From: a virus
Lineage: Duplodnaviria > Caudoviricetes
DNA length: 46,817 nt
Direction: 5' to 3' (one strand)
IMG/VR virus record: IMGVR_UViG_3300021082_000042
Coordinates: 1 to 46,817 of that record
Of this stretch, positions 15,312 through 23,752 are shown in pieces. A program made the translations under genes and the position numbers. The notes below the pieces were generated by a model. It saw only the letters and a list, made by a program, of their open reading frames with translations. It searched no databases and had not been told where the DNA came from. Position 1 is the first letter of the stretch; the number at the start of each line of letters is the position of its first letter.

Positions 15312-16901
15312 TCATGCGACCCGCCTATTTAGAATGAATGGGATGTAGAGCGTAGAAGTGCAAGGGGCGGTAACACCGCCCTTGCAGTTCCGCGACCCAC
15401 GACCGGACGCCTTTCCGTCCGGTACGGGCACCTTCCCGGTGATCTCGACCGTGCCCGCGTCGTCGTATACCAACTTCAAATCCACCAGGGCTTCCAGGAC
15501 CGGGCGGCGCTCTGCGAACGTTTCGGGTTCCGGCCCGCTGGCGATCAACTCGCAGCCCGCGCGTACCACGTGCTCGGCGGGAAGCTGCAGGACGCTGCCA
15601 GCGGCGCGTAACTCCGCTTCGATAGCCGCAGCCGCCTGCTTGTCTTCCAGGATCAGCTTCGTGCCCGTCTCCTCGTCCTCTGCGCCAGAGCGCACCATGC
15701 GCTTAGTACGCTCCATGCGCGCCAGGATCGTGGAGAGTTCCTTTTCGAGTTTGGCCGTCGTCTTCTTGGTGGGCAAAGAATCATAATACGCCCGGGCGTT
15801 TTCGATCAGAAGCTCTGGCGCGGTGAGCAGCTTCCAGATCTCGCGCCACACGACGGCTTCCAGCTTCTCGACGCGTACCCGTTTCGCCATGCAGCGCCGC
15901 TCGTAGATCCGGCGGTTCACGTTCGAGCAAAGGTAGTAGGCGTAACCTTTGCCGTTGGTTCCCACTTGGCAGGGCTTCCCGCACTTCCCGCAGCGCGTCC
16001 AGCCGCAGAGCAGGTGCTTCACGGTCGGGCGTCCGCTGCTGCGTTCCTTCTCGCCCTTGAAGATCGCCTGCGCCGCTTCGTAGGTTTCGGGCGACACGTA
16101 CTGAGGACATGCCATCGTGACGCCGCCCTCGATGTGCTCGCCCATGTACTTGCGATTGAGCAGCAGTCGGCGCACTGCCTCCCTGCCATATGGCCCGGGT
16201 TCGTATTGGTTCTTCTTACCGTCCGTGAGGAGGCCCGCACGGTTGAGCTTCATTTGGATCTGGCCGACGCGCAGCTTCTGCTCGACGCGCCACGCGAAGA
16301 TCATTTGCACGACGCCCTTCTTGGTCAGCCCTTCAATCGGGGCCGCGCCCTTGGCGTAGAGCACCGGGCGCTCGTCTTCCTTGAGATACTGGCAGCGCCC
16401 ATCGGCGTCGCGCTCGTACTTTGAGACATAGATCATGCCGTACGGCGGCGTCGTCTGACACATGCGCTCCTTAGCCTGCGTCTTCCTGCGCCCGCCGCCC
16501 GTATTGCGCTTCAGATCGAGCAGGTACGTACCCGCCGCTTGCGCCGCGCCCATACAGACGGCCCATCCGCGCGGCGTCCAGGGTTCTACGATCCCTTCCT
16601 TCGACGATATGATCGCCTTCTTATTCTGAAAGAGGAATTGCAGAATCTCTAGGTTGAAGTCCTTGGGGCGGAAGATCCGGTCGATAGCTGAAACCGACAC
16701 ACCGTGGACGCCAGGGTCGCGCAGCGATTCGATCATGGCGCGTACCTCGTCGTGCGTCATAACCAGCGTGCCGGATATCTTGATCCGAATGGTGCGCAGC
16801 ACGTTGAGCGAGTGTTGCACGCGATTCTCATTGACGTCGTATTCCTGGCGCTCGACGTCTTGGCGGTCGCTGCTGACACGCAGCATCTCGATCACATTCA
16901 T
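15312..16901 (-). CDS. Large serine recombinase (integrase)
   Basis: LRVSSDRQ catalytic motif, DRIFR, PPYG recombinase domain, Zn ribbon CGKCG...YYLC...C, coiled coil; start 16901 has GGAG (alternative start 16940). Confidence 0.93.
   Translation of the reverse strand: MNVIEMLRVSSDRQDVERQEYDVNENRVQHSLNVLRTIRIKISGTLVMTHDEVRAMIESLRDPGVHGVSVSAIDRIFRPKDFNLEILQFLFQNKKAIISSKEGIVEPWTPRGWAVCMGAAQAAGTYLLDLKRNTGGGRRKTQAKERMCQTTPPYGMIYVSKYERDADGRCQYLKEDERPVLYAKGAAPIEGLTKKGVVQMIFAWRVEQKLRVGQIQMKLNRAGLLTDGKKNQYEPGPYGREAVRRLLLNRKYMGEHIEGGVTMACPQYVSPETYEAAQAIFKGEKERSSGRPTVKHLLCGWTRCGKCGKPCQVGTNGKGYAYYLCSNVNRRIYERRCMAKRVRVEKLEAVVWREIWKLLTAPELLIENARAYYDSLPTKKTTAKLEKELSTILARMERTKRMVRSGAEDEETGTKLILEDKQAAAAIEAELRAAGSVLQLPAEHVVRAGCELIASGPEPETFAERRPVLEALVDLKLVYDDAGTVEITGKVPVPDGKASGRGSRNCKGGVTAPCTSTLYIPFILNRRVA
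15355..15390. other. Candidate attP inside the 3' end of the integrase gene
   Basis: Imperfect dyad GAAgTGCAAGGG-N12-CCCTTGCAgTTC centred on AA at 15372-15373. Confidence 0.45.
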
Positions 16902-16908
16902 GGCCGGT

Positions 16909-17088
16909 TCACTCCGCTGGATCAGGTTCGGTGCGGCCATTAGCGCCTGCCTCCCGCTGCTTTCGTTCGCGCGCCATTTCGACGCTGCGCAGCATCGTGG
17001 CGAACAGGTTTGCGGCCAGCTTCGTGTTGGGCACCGTCTCTAGCGCGATCCGCGCCTCGGGCTGCTCGTCCTTCTCCCGCCGCTTCAT
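16909..17088 (-). CDS. Hidden 59-aa protein directly upstream of the integrase (RDF candidate)
   Basis: Hand translation MKRREKDEQPEARIALETVPNTKLAANLFATMLRSVEMARERKQREAGANGRTEPDPAE; GGAG RBS; overlaps the tail of 16940-17302 in another frame. Confidence 0.55.
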   Translation of the reverse strand: MKRREKDEQPEARIALETVPNTKLAANLFATMLRSVEMARERKQREAGANGRTEPDPAE

Positions 17089-17302
17089 ACGCCTGCTCCA
17101 GCACGGCCACCCGGGCGCGCGCCACTTCCAGCGCCCGCCCGGCCAGGAAGCGCCGCGCCTCGTCTAAATCCGCCGTCTTCGAACTCTCTTGAATCTTCAT
17201 GCCCTCGGCGTTGACATAGATCGCCCACCACTTCAATCCGCGTTTGTGTAGACTCCCGCAGCCGTACGGAAGGCCCCCGGGGTTCGTCTCTTTTTTGGTC
17301 AT
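16940..17302 (-). CDS. Stand-alone protein resembling the N-terminal arm-binding domain of tyrosine integrases
   Basis: YGCGSLHKRGLKWWAIY...G.KIQESSKT.D..EARRFL; no catalytic domain. Confidence 0.65.
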   Translation of the reverse strand: MTKKETNPGGLPYGCGSLHKRGLKWWAIYVNAEGMKIQESSKTADLDEARRFLAGRALEVARARVAVLEQAYEAAGEGRAARGADRARDGAQHEAGRKPVRHDAAQRRNGARTKAAGGRR

Positions 17303-17321
17303 GCCAGGAGGTTAACATAAG

Positions 17322-17591
17322 TTATTTACATCCTTCCAGTCCATGCCCGGGGGCGCTTTGGTACGTGTTGAGGCGGTATACCCGGAGCGCCACGGATTCG
17401 GGAACCCGCATGGAATAATAGGGCCGCTTGCTTCCCCGCCGCCCCTTGCCGAACCTCACTACATCGGGCTCGTGTTTGAACCAGCGGCGCAGCGTTGCCG
17501 GGGAGACGTTCCACGCCTCGGAAAGTTCCATGAGGCTATAGTGCCGCTCCAGAAAATCGGGGCGGGCGTTTTCCATCGGTTGAGCCATCAT
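17322..17591 (-). CDS. Excisionase-like (MerR/Xis) HTH protein
   Basis: ERHYSLMELSEAWNVSPATLRRWF..EP.V...MRVPESV. Confidence 0.8.
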   Translation of the reverse strand: MMAQPMENARPDFLERHYSLMELSEAWNVSPATLRRWFKHEPDVVRFGKGRRGSKRPYYSMRVPESVALRVYRLNTYQSAPGHGLEGCK

Positions 17592-17869
17592 TTGTTTCCC
17601 CCTCCCTTGCCTGGGTACTGCATCTCCGGGTGCCGGCCGATTTGGATCCCGAGAAGCTCCAGCTGCGCCTCGATCACTTCCAACATGCCGGGGAAGCTCA
17701 CGTTATGGTCGTGGCGCAGCACCCAACACAACACGTCGAGATTGATAACGAGCACGCGCCGGGCCTCCTGGTCGAGACGCGGCCCGATCTCGGGCTGCAG
17801 GACCAGCGCGGCCAGAATGTCGTGCGCCCGTTGGATCTCTTCGCGGTCGCGCATAGGATCTTCGCTCAT
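17588..17869 (-). CDS. Hypothetical protein
   Basis: ATGA-coupled; EIQRAHD...LDVLCWVL. Confidence 0.75.
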   Translation of the reverse strand: MSEDPMRDREEIQRAHDILAALVLQPEIGPRLDQEARRVLVINLDVLCWVLRHDHNVSFPGMLEVIEAQLELLGIQIGRHPEMQYPGKGGGNK

Positions 17870-18003
17870 CGTTGCCCCCACCACGGCAGCGACCCGGCCA
17901 CGTGCCGCCGCAGCGATTCGCGCTCCCGTTGCCTTCGGCTGCCCCGGCCCACATCCCACAGCAGCCAGAACAGGACCGCCCCTGCAAGAATCGAAATGAT
18001 CAT
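17866..18003 (-). CDS. Small membrane-anchored protein (45 aa)
   Basis: MIISILAGAVLFWLLW; RBS AAGGAGG; ATGA-coupled. Confidence 0.7.
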   Translation of the reverse strand: MIISILAGAVLFWLLWDVGRGSRRQRERESLRRHVAGSLPWWGQR

Positions 18004-18179
18004 GGTTGTCCCTCCTTGCCGAACTTCTTCACCCAGGCCGCGAGCAGATGGTCTGCGGCCGTGGCCGCCATCCCGGCGCTCTCCTCGACCGTGGCCTGCG
18101 TCTCCGTCGCCAGGATCGCCCCGAGCGCCGTCACGGCGGCGGCCTCCCAAAAGGCGCGCTGCTCTGCCGGGTTCTTCAT
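18000..18179 (-). CDS. Small helical hypothetical protein
   Basis: MKNPAEQRAFW...A...AD.LL; ATGA-coupled. Confidence 0.7.
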   Translation of the reverse strand: MKNPAEQRAFWEAAAVTALGAILATETQATVEESAGMAATAADHLLAAWVKKFGKEGQP

Positions 18180-18604
18180 GGCTCCGACTCTTCCGGGACC
18201 TCTACGAGGGCTACTCGGTGCGGAGATTTTCCGAACCGTTCGAAGCAAACGGAAACCATCCGATTGATGACTGCTACGTCAGAACCCGTCTGGACTTTCC
18301 GATTTCCAATATTGAAGGCGAACGTCTCGTAATCCCAAAACTCTAATTGCCGCCAGACCGGCACGCCCTCTTCCTTAATCGGCGTCTCCCCGGCCCACGG
18401 CAAACCATCTACCTCGGCGCTCAGAGCAGCGCGAACTTCTTCCTTACACGCGCGTTGCGCCTTGGCCCGAAGCTCGCTGTCGGTCCAAAGGCCGTTATCA
18501 ATACAGATCTCTGTGTGCGCTGCAATCGTGCCGCCGTGGAAGAGCGCGCGGATCTGTGCGGCACGCGCCCCGCTGTCGCTGCGATCCCCAAACGTATACT
18601 TCAT
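18176..18604 (-). CDS. Hypothetical protein coupled to the ParB-like gene
   Basis: RBS AAGGAG; ATGA overlap. Confidence 0.75.
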   Translation of the reverse strand: MKYTFGDRSDSGARAAQIRALFHGGTIAAHTEICIDNGLWTDSELRAKAQRACKEEVRAALSAEVDGLPWAGETPIKEEGVPVWRQLEFWDYETFAFNIGNRKVQTGSDVAVINRMVSVCFERFGKSPHRVALVEVPEESEP

Positions 18605-19560
18605 TGGACTGCTCCTTCTTTACGCCGCGCGCTGTATGAGACCTCTTTCACGGCGGCGTGAATCTTTCGTAGTTCGGAAATTACCTCGTTAATTCGCGGG
18701 GTCAGCGGATCATTCGGGAAGGGCTTGCTGGCCCGCCGAAGCGAATCGAGCGCGGCGTCGATAGAGGTCAGGCGCGGATCCGGCATCGGCGGCAACTGCG
18801 CTGCCTTGGTTAACGCCAGCGATTGCTTGCGCGGGTCTTCACTTTGGCTGAGAGCGACGACCTCCTTGCGCTCCGGTCCCGGCATCGCACGGATATTGCG
18901 CATCAGGTTTTTGGTTAAAGCCGGATCCAGAAGCTTCGCGGCCCCGAGAATGGTGACCGTATCATCGCGGACTTCCGGCTTCATTTCTTCCAGGTGTTCG
19001 CGCACGGCCAGCACGTCCGATTGCTTCCAGTTGTTGCCCTGCATCCAGGGGAACGTGCTGGCCGTCTCTAAGTGCTGCTCTGCTCGGCGCATTAGTTTTT
19101 CGTCTAGGCCGAGCGCTGCAGCGACTTCGCGGCGAGATGGCCCTTCGGTCTTCGGCCCAGGCTTACTTGAATTGCGGACCTCGTCCGCAATTACCTCTTT
19201 GGCCTTCTTCGCGTTCTCCACCAGCTTTTTACTCGCCGCAAACGTCCGCGCCCGCTCCCTCTCGGTCAGCGATTTACGGTTTTCGTTTTCCTCACTTTCG
19301 ATGTCGCGCAGTTGCTCATCGGTGAGGTGCTCACGCAGGCTGGCTGGAATGGTCTTCCACTTGAGCATCCCCACAGCACGCAAGCGGCGCTCCCCGGCGA
19401 CGAGACGATAGCGATCCTTGTTGCCGTTGCGGTCCACGATGATCGGCTCAAGCAGGCCCACGCGCTGGATGCCTTTCGCCAGCGCGCCGATGTCGCCGAA
19501 GTCCTGCCGCCGCCGCTCGCCGACCTCGATTTTCTCGATGGGCACTTCTACGATTTGCAT
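18601..19560 (-). CDS. ParB N-terminal (CTPase-type) domain protein with HTH
   Basis: GLLEPIIV...LVAGERRLRA...ENENRKSLT; SRREVAAALGL. Confidence 0.9.
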   Translation of the reverse strand: MQIVEVPIEKIEVGERRRQDFGDIGALAKGIQRVGLLEPIIVDRNGNKDRYRLVAGERRLRAVGMLKWKTIPASLREHLTDEQLRDIESEENENRKSLTERERARTFAASKKLVENAKKAKEVIADEVRNSSKPGPKTEGPSRREVAAALGLDEKLMRRAEQHLETASTFPWMQGNNWKQSDVLAVREHLEEMKPEVRDDTVTILGAAKLLDPALTKNLMRNIRAMPGPERKEVVALSQSEDPRKQSLALTKAAQLPPMPDPRLTSIDAALDSLRRASKPFPNDPLTPRINEVISELRKIHAAVKEVSYSARRKEGAVQ

Positions 19561-19562
19561 CG

Positions 19563-19787
19563 CTACCTCACCCTGAATTGTTCGAATATGGCCCGCATAA
19601 GCGCGCAGTACTCCTGGCGTGCCTCGGTTGTCAGGAAGTCCAACTCCTCTGGAGTCGGCGGATCTTCCCCCGTCACCCGGGCCATCATGATTAGCCCCTG
19701 CTGAAGCGCACCGGGGTCGTCGTTATATATACCGTTCAGGAGGGGTTGCATCGCCTCCGCGAGTTGCCAGATCGTAGGGGTCGGCAT
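19563..19787 (-). CDS. Hypothetical protein
   Basis: Tight packing within the operon. Confidence 0.7.
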   Translation of the reverse strand: MPTPTIWQLAEAMQPLLNGIYNDDPGALQQGLIMMARVTGEDPPTPEELDFLTTEARQEYCALMRAIFEQFRVR

Positions 19788-19788
19788 C

Positions 19789-20079
19789 TTATTCCGGCCC
19801 CAATGGTTCGACCCGGCGGGTCTTTTTGTTGAAACCGATCATCCCGAAAGGGCCGCAGTCGCATGGCGGCTCATCTCGGACTTGGCGCAGCGCACGCTTC
19901 GAGTCGTTCACGTTGTCGATCAACATGACCTTGCTGGTGTGGTCGCACTTACCACAAGAAATGATGGTATTTTCCCCGCCGTAATCTTCTCTTGCCAAGC
20001 GGTGCCAATCGGAATGCACTGAATAGCAGTATTTGCAGTACAGGCGCGCCCGGAACGGCGTTGTTAGATAATCGGTCAC
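19789..20079 (-). CDS. Zn-ribbon hypothetical protein
   Basis: CKYC, CGKC, CDC; GTGA-coupled; RBS GAGGAG. Confidence 0.7.
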   Translation of the reverse strand: MTDYLTTPFRARLYCKYCYSVHSDWHRLAREDYGGENTIISCGKCDHTSKVMLIDNVNDSKRALRQVRDEPPCDCGPFGMIGFNKKTRRVEPLGPE

Positions 20080-20675
20080 AGCGTGCTCCTCTTCCCGATC
20101 CGCCGTGCCGCGTCGCGGAACTCCGCATCCGTCCCCTGGAAGATGGTCTTTCCTTCGTGGGATAACGTGACGGTGGTTTCCTCCTCGAACAGCGGCGTTT
20201 TGCGCTTCTTCAGTAGTGCCTCGGCGAAGAGTTCCAGGTCGCGCTTATAGCAGCCATGCCGCAGCACGATGCTATGAAACTCCTCGATATCGTGCTTGCG
20301 CGTGCGCCAGACCGGGCGGTCGCGCTCATCCAGCCGAGGCTCCCCGTCCTTATCGGTCTGCGGTGCCGCGTGGCAGAGTTCGTGGTCTACCAGCGCCCGC
20401 TTCTTTTCGATGGTAAACTCGGGGTCTTCCCAAACGTCGCGGTTGAGCAGAATCACGAAATCGTAAGCCGTAAATTCCTTCTGGAGATCCGAAATCTTGA
20501 CACACTTCCCCAGGATCAGGTGCAGATCCTTGTCGGGGCTGAGGTTGTCGTTCCAAGCCAAGGCGATTTGAGCGCCGTCTACCTCGTCGTGGAATTCGCG
20601 CATGTCCGCGAGAATGGTATACGGCTCGGTCCCTTCCTCGATCAATTCAAAGTTGATTTTCTTCGGCTGGCTCAT
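20076..20675 (-). CDS. Putative phage metallopeptidase (HExxH)
   Basis: LGKC.K...DFVILLN...W...ALVDHELCH...HDIEEF. Confidence 0.85.
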   Translation of the reverse strand: MSQPKKINFELIEEGTEPYTILADMREFHDEVDGAQIALAWNDNLSPDKDLHLILGKCVKISDLQKEFTAYDFVILLNRDVWEDPEFTIEKKRALVDHELCHAAPQTDKDGEPRLDERDRPVWRTRKHDIEEFHSIVLRHGCYKRDLELFAEALLKKRKTPLFEEETTVTLSHEGKTIFQGTDAEFRDAARRIGKRSTL

Positions 20676-21133
20676 TGCGGTTTCTCCTCTCCCGGGGGCA
20701 GCATCCGCAGCCCCTGCTCCGCGAAGACTTCGAAAATTGAAACGCCACCCGGCGATTGCAGGTAGGCGAAGAACACCTCGGCGCTTTCCGCCATGCCGCA
20801 CTGGATCATGGCCATCTGCGCCTGGGTCCACCGGAGCAGCTGCCGCCACGCCACGCGGCGCGCCTGCTCGTGGACCTTCTGGCGAACGTCCGAACCGATG
20901 AAGCCCTTGCGCCGCGACAGAAGGAGCTTCTCCACCGGACCGACCCGCGCGGGCATCGAGAATAATTGCTCGACGCCCCGGACCTTCATCACCCACCGCA
21001 GGCCAACGATCACACCGTCCTGATATTCGGTGTTGATCGAACTGGCGCCTGCCTTCACAAGCTCGGCGACGATCTCCGCAGCGCTGCGCCCGGCCTCGAC
21101 CTCGGTGGTTTCCATCAGTAGGGTCTGCTTCAT
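20672..21133 (-). CDS. Conserved phage hypothetical protein
   Basis: TEV...RS.AEI...L...GA...QARRVAWR.L..W. Confidence 0.8.
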   Translation of the reverse strand: MKQTLLMETTEVEAGRSAAEIVAELVKAGASSINTEYQDGVIVGLRWVMKVRGVEQLFSMPARVGPVEKLLLSRRKGFIGSDVRQKVHEQARRVAWRQLLRWTQAQMAMIQCGMAESAEVFFAYLQSPGGVSIFEVFAEQGLRMLPPGEEKPQ

Positions 21134-21297
21134 AGCTCTTCTTCCGCGCCGCAATCCAAACACTTGAATCCGACATAGCTCCGCCGTTCCACATACCCAT
21201 CGGATTCGACCCCGGTGGCGTATTCATGCTGAACGCCGATGATGTTGAAAGACCCGCACTGCGGGCAGGCGTAACCGGATTCCTCCGGGCCGTCCAT
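21130..21297 (-). CDS. Small Zn-ribbon protein
   Basis: CPQCGS...CLDCG. Confidence 0.7.
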   Translation of the reverse strand: MDGPEESGYACPQCGSFNIIGVQHEYATGVESDGYVERRSYVGFKCLDCGAEEEL

Positions 21298-21299
21298 CG

Positions 21300-22271
21300 C
21301 TATTCCGGGTCTTTCGGCCCGGGCTCCTCGACGAGGCTTGCCTGCTGCGGCGCGGCCTTCGCCCCCAGGATCACGCCACGCAGATCCTTGGGCGCGGCCT
21401 CTGGTAGCTCGGCGGGCCTGCCGCCGCCTTCGAGAACCTCTTCCCACCCGCTGATGTCAACGGGGGTCTCGCTATCGTCACGCTCGACGGCATCGCGCAC
21501 TTCGGGCGACAGCGGCAGCCATTTCGTATGCCGCCGAAAAACGGTCTTCTTTCCCATCTCATCGAAGTCCGTCACCCAGGGGCCAGCGTTGGGCGTCTTG
21601 CTGCGCTTGCGAATCTTCTCCACCTCGGCGAGATTCATCACGACGAAATCCTCGCTGCCGTCCTTCAGCTTCACGTAGGAGTAGTAAGCGATCCGGTCGC
21701 CCCGGTCCTTCATGTTCGGCTTGTGCCGCAGATGGGCGTCCGTGCCGAAGGCATAGCTCCAGTCGTCGTTCGCGCAGACCACGTCGGCATGGATCAAGCT
21801 CACATCGCCCGAGCGGCGCACCAGTTCGGCAAGGCCCTTATAATCGATAATCAACGAGCATTCAATCAAGGTCCTCCGCTGGCGGCAATTACAGCGGGAG
21901 CATTCCTGGCCCTTGTGCTGGTCCATCTCGTGGCCACAGGCGCACATCTTGTGATTCTTAAATGGGATCAGGTGCGCCCGGCGCCCATCCGGTTCCAGGC
22001 CGTAACTCGAAAGATCGAGCAGGCACTTGAACAGGCTCTCGCGGCTGCATTCCGCCAGATCCGGGATCCGCATGATGGCGGTCAGCGCCACCCGCACGAA
22101 GCGCTCCGGGCGCATCGCCCGCGGAAGGACCGCCGCCACCGCAGCCTGGAACTCCGGTCCCTTGAGCAGATCCCTTACGGTCTTCGGCTGCCGGGCGAGT
22201 TGCTGTGCGGCCTGATCGGCCACGGCGGGCACGGACAGGGCTTCTTGATCCTTCACTTCGCCATTACTCAT
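21300..22271 (-). CDS. recT: RecT-family single-strand annealing protein with Cys/His insertion
   Basis: LP..M.PERFVRVAL...GLEP...AHLIPF...IDYKGL.ELVRRSG...GPWVTDFDEMGKKTV.RR..KWLPLS. Confidence 0.95.
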   Translation of the reverse strand: MSNGEVKDQEALSVPAVADQAAQQLARQPKTVRDLLKGPEFQAAVAAVLPRAMRPERFVRVALTAIMRIPDLAECSRESLFKCLLDLSSYGLEPDGRRAHLIPFKNHKMCACGHEMDQHKGQECSRCNCRQRRTLIECSLIIDYKGLAELVRRSGDVSLIHADVVCANDDWSYAFGTDAHLRHKPNMKDRGDRIAYYSYVKLKDGSEDFVVMNLAEVEKIRKRSKTPNAGPWVTDFDEMGKKTVFRRHTKWLPLSPEVRDAVERDDSETPVDISGWEEVLEGGGRPAELPEAAPKDLRGVILGAKAAPQQASLVEEPGPKDPE

Positions 22272-23232
22272 CGACGTCTTCCCCCTCTTCAAAATTGGCC
22301 GCCTTAAAATAAATCCGGCGCTCCCCGGGCTTGGGCCGGGTGTAAAAATTCAGAATCTCCGCGCGCTTCTCGGGATCCTTGGTCTGCTCATTCCGCAGGC
22401 CCAACGCCATCGACTTCCAGTCCGTCACCGTGGAATCCTTGGTGCGCCGCCATGTGAACTTCCCGCCCTCCCACACCAGCCCCTCGCTGTCTTTAATGGC
22501 CGACGTGATCCCGGCTTCGAGCAGCTTCCTGCGGGATGTCAGCGGGCCAAGCTCACGGCGCACCTGGGCATATTCATCGAGCAGGGCGGCCTCCTTCACG
22601 CTGGCGATCCGCAGATCGGGGCGGCGGTGCGTCGGATACCGCCATTGCAGATAGCGAGTGGCTGCCTCGGGATCATCAATGGGCAGTTCCTCGTCGCCGA
22701 CGATGTAGCGCGACCAAAACTCGCAGCCCTTGTCGATGATGGCGGCCTCGAGTTCCCGGTCCTGGTGCACCGTGAAGATCTGCGGCCGCCCGGCCAACAA
22801 GACGAACACATCCCAGGTCGGGATGTCCATCATTGCCATATATACGTGGCATTGGACCTTCATGAAATCGGGCAACTCATTCTGGTAAGGACCGAAATAG
22901 CGCCGGCCTTCATCGGCGTAGACCTTCAACTCCACGCCGCAGGCTTCTTCCTCGCACATCCCATCCGGGCTGTAAACAATCGGCAGAGTCGGATGCTGGC
23001 GTGTTTCGTTGAGATAACGCACCCGCCGCTTGGTCAGATGCGCATACACGTCGAGGCACGCCTTCTCCAGGATGTGGCCGATTGCCTGGCTGTCGTTTTC
23101 CGGGTATTCAAACGCTTCCGGGTGCTTCTTACGAAGCTGCAGCGTGTACGGCGTCAGGTACGGATGCAAACCCCACAGGGCCGCGATCTCGCTGCCGCCA
23201 AGCCCGTTACGCCGTACGTTGGGATCAATCAT
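22264..23232 (-). CDS. yqaJ: YqaJ/lambda-exonuclease-family recombination nuclease
   Basis: RR.GLGGSEIAA..G..PY.TP...SPDG...VELK...Q...YM; adjacent to recT. Confidence 0.9.
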   Translation of the reverse strand: MIDPNVRRNGLGGSEIAALWGLHPYLTPYTLQLRKKHPEAFEYPENDSQAIGHILEKACLDVYAHLTKRRVRYLNETRQHPTLPIVYSPDGMCEEEACGVELKVYADEGRRYFGPYQNELPDFMKVQCHVYMAMMDIPTWDVFVLLAGRPQIFTVHQDRELEAAIIDKGCEFWSRYIVGDEELPIDDPEAATRYLQWRYPTHRRPDLRIASVKEAALLDEYAQVRRELGPLTSRRKLLEAGITSAIKDSEGLVWEGGKFTWRRTKDSTVTDWKSMALGLRNEQTKDPEKRAEILNFYTRPKPGERRIYFKAANFEEGEDVDE

Positions 23233-23437
23233 TGCGTCGTCTCCACCACTTGCCTTCGATGGGCACCCACCGGGGCTCCGGCGGCTGGCGCTCGGCCTCC
23301 AGCCCCTGGAGGTAAGCGTGGGCGCACCCGGCGCACGCCCAGAAGCCATCCAGGAAGTCCACCCCGGCGGCCACGTGGCAGCGGTCACAGCGGCCCGCTG
23401 TGGCCTCCGCCATCGCGATGGCCGCCAGCATGTTCAC
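23225..23437 (-). CDS. Small Zn-finger hypothetical protein
   Basis: CDRC...CAGC; coupled to neighbours. Confidence 0.65.
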   Translation of the reverse strand: MNMLAAIAMAEATAGRCDRCHVAAGVDFLDGFWACAGCAHAYLQGLEAERQPPEPRWVPIEGKWWRRRND

Positions 23438-23739
23438 AGCGTGGCGACCGAAGGGCCGCGCCGCTGCTGATCGAAGTAGATACCGCCCGCCTCGGCCTCT
23501 TTCACCTCGACCGCCCAGGAGGGTTCTGCGGCCAGCTTCGCCGCATATTCCGGCGAATTCTTCCTGGCGTTCTCCAGGTTCGTTTTCAGGCTCTTGTTAG
23601 CGATGAACGCCTTATCCTGCGCATCGGCTTGGAGGTACTCGGTGTTTCCGTACGCATCATGTACAGGTCCGGGATTCAGATGCTCGGTGTTCTCTTTCGC
23701 CGGGAGGATCGTGCCTACCGGGGGTGCTTCGTATGCCAT
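23434..23739 (-). CDS. Hypothetical protein
   Basis: RBS AAGGAG. Confidence 0.75.
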   Translation of the reverse strand: MAYEAPPVGTILPAKENTEHLNPGPVHDAYGNTEYLQADAQDKAFIANKSLKTNLENARKNSPEYAAKLAAEPSWAVEVKEAEAGGIYFDQQRRGPSVATL

Positions 23740-23752
23740 AGCGTCTCCTTGT

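Noticed and set aside
20076-21227. 383-aa ORF as a single protein (similar over-extensions at 30064-34206, 39101-40372, 22264-23388)
   Set aside because: The N-terminal extensions overlap other real genes; coupled downstream starts were chosen instead
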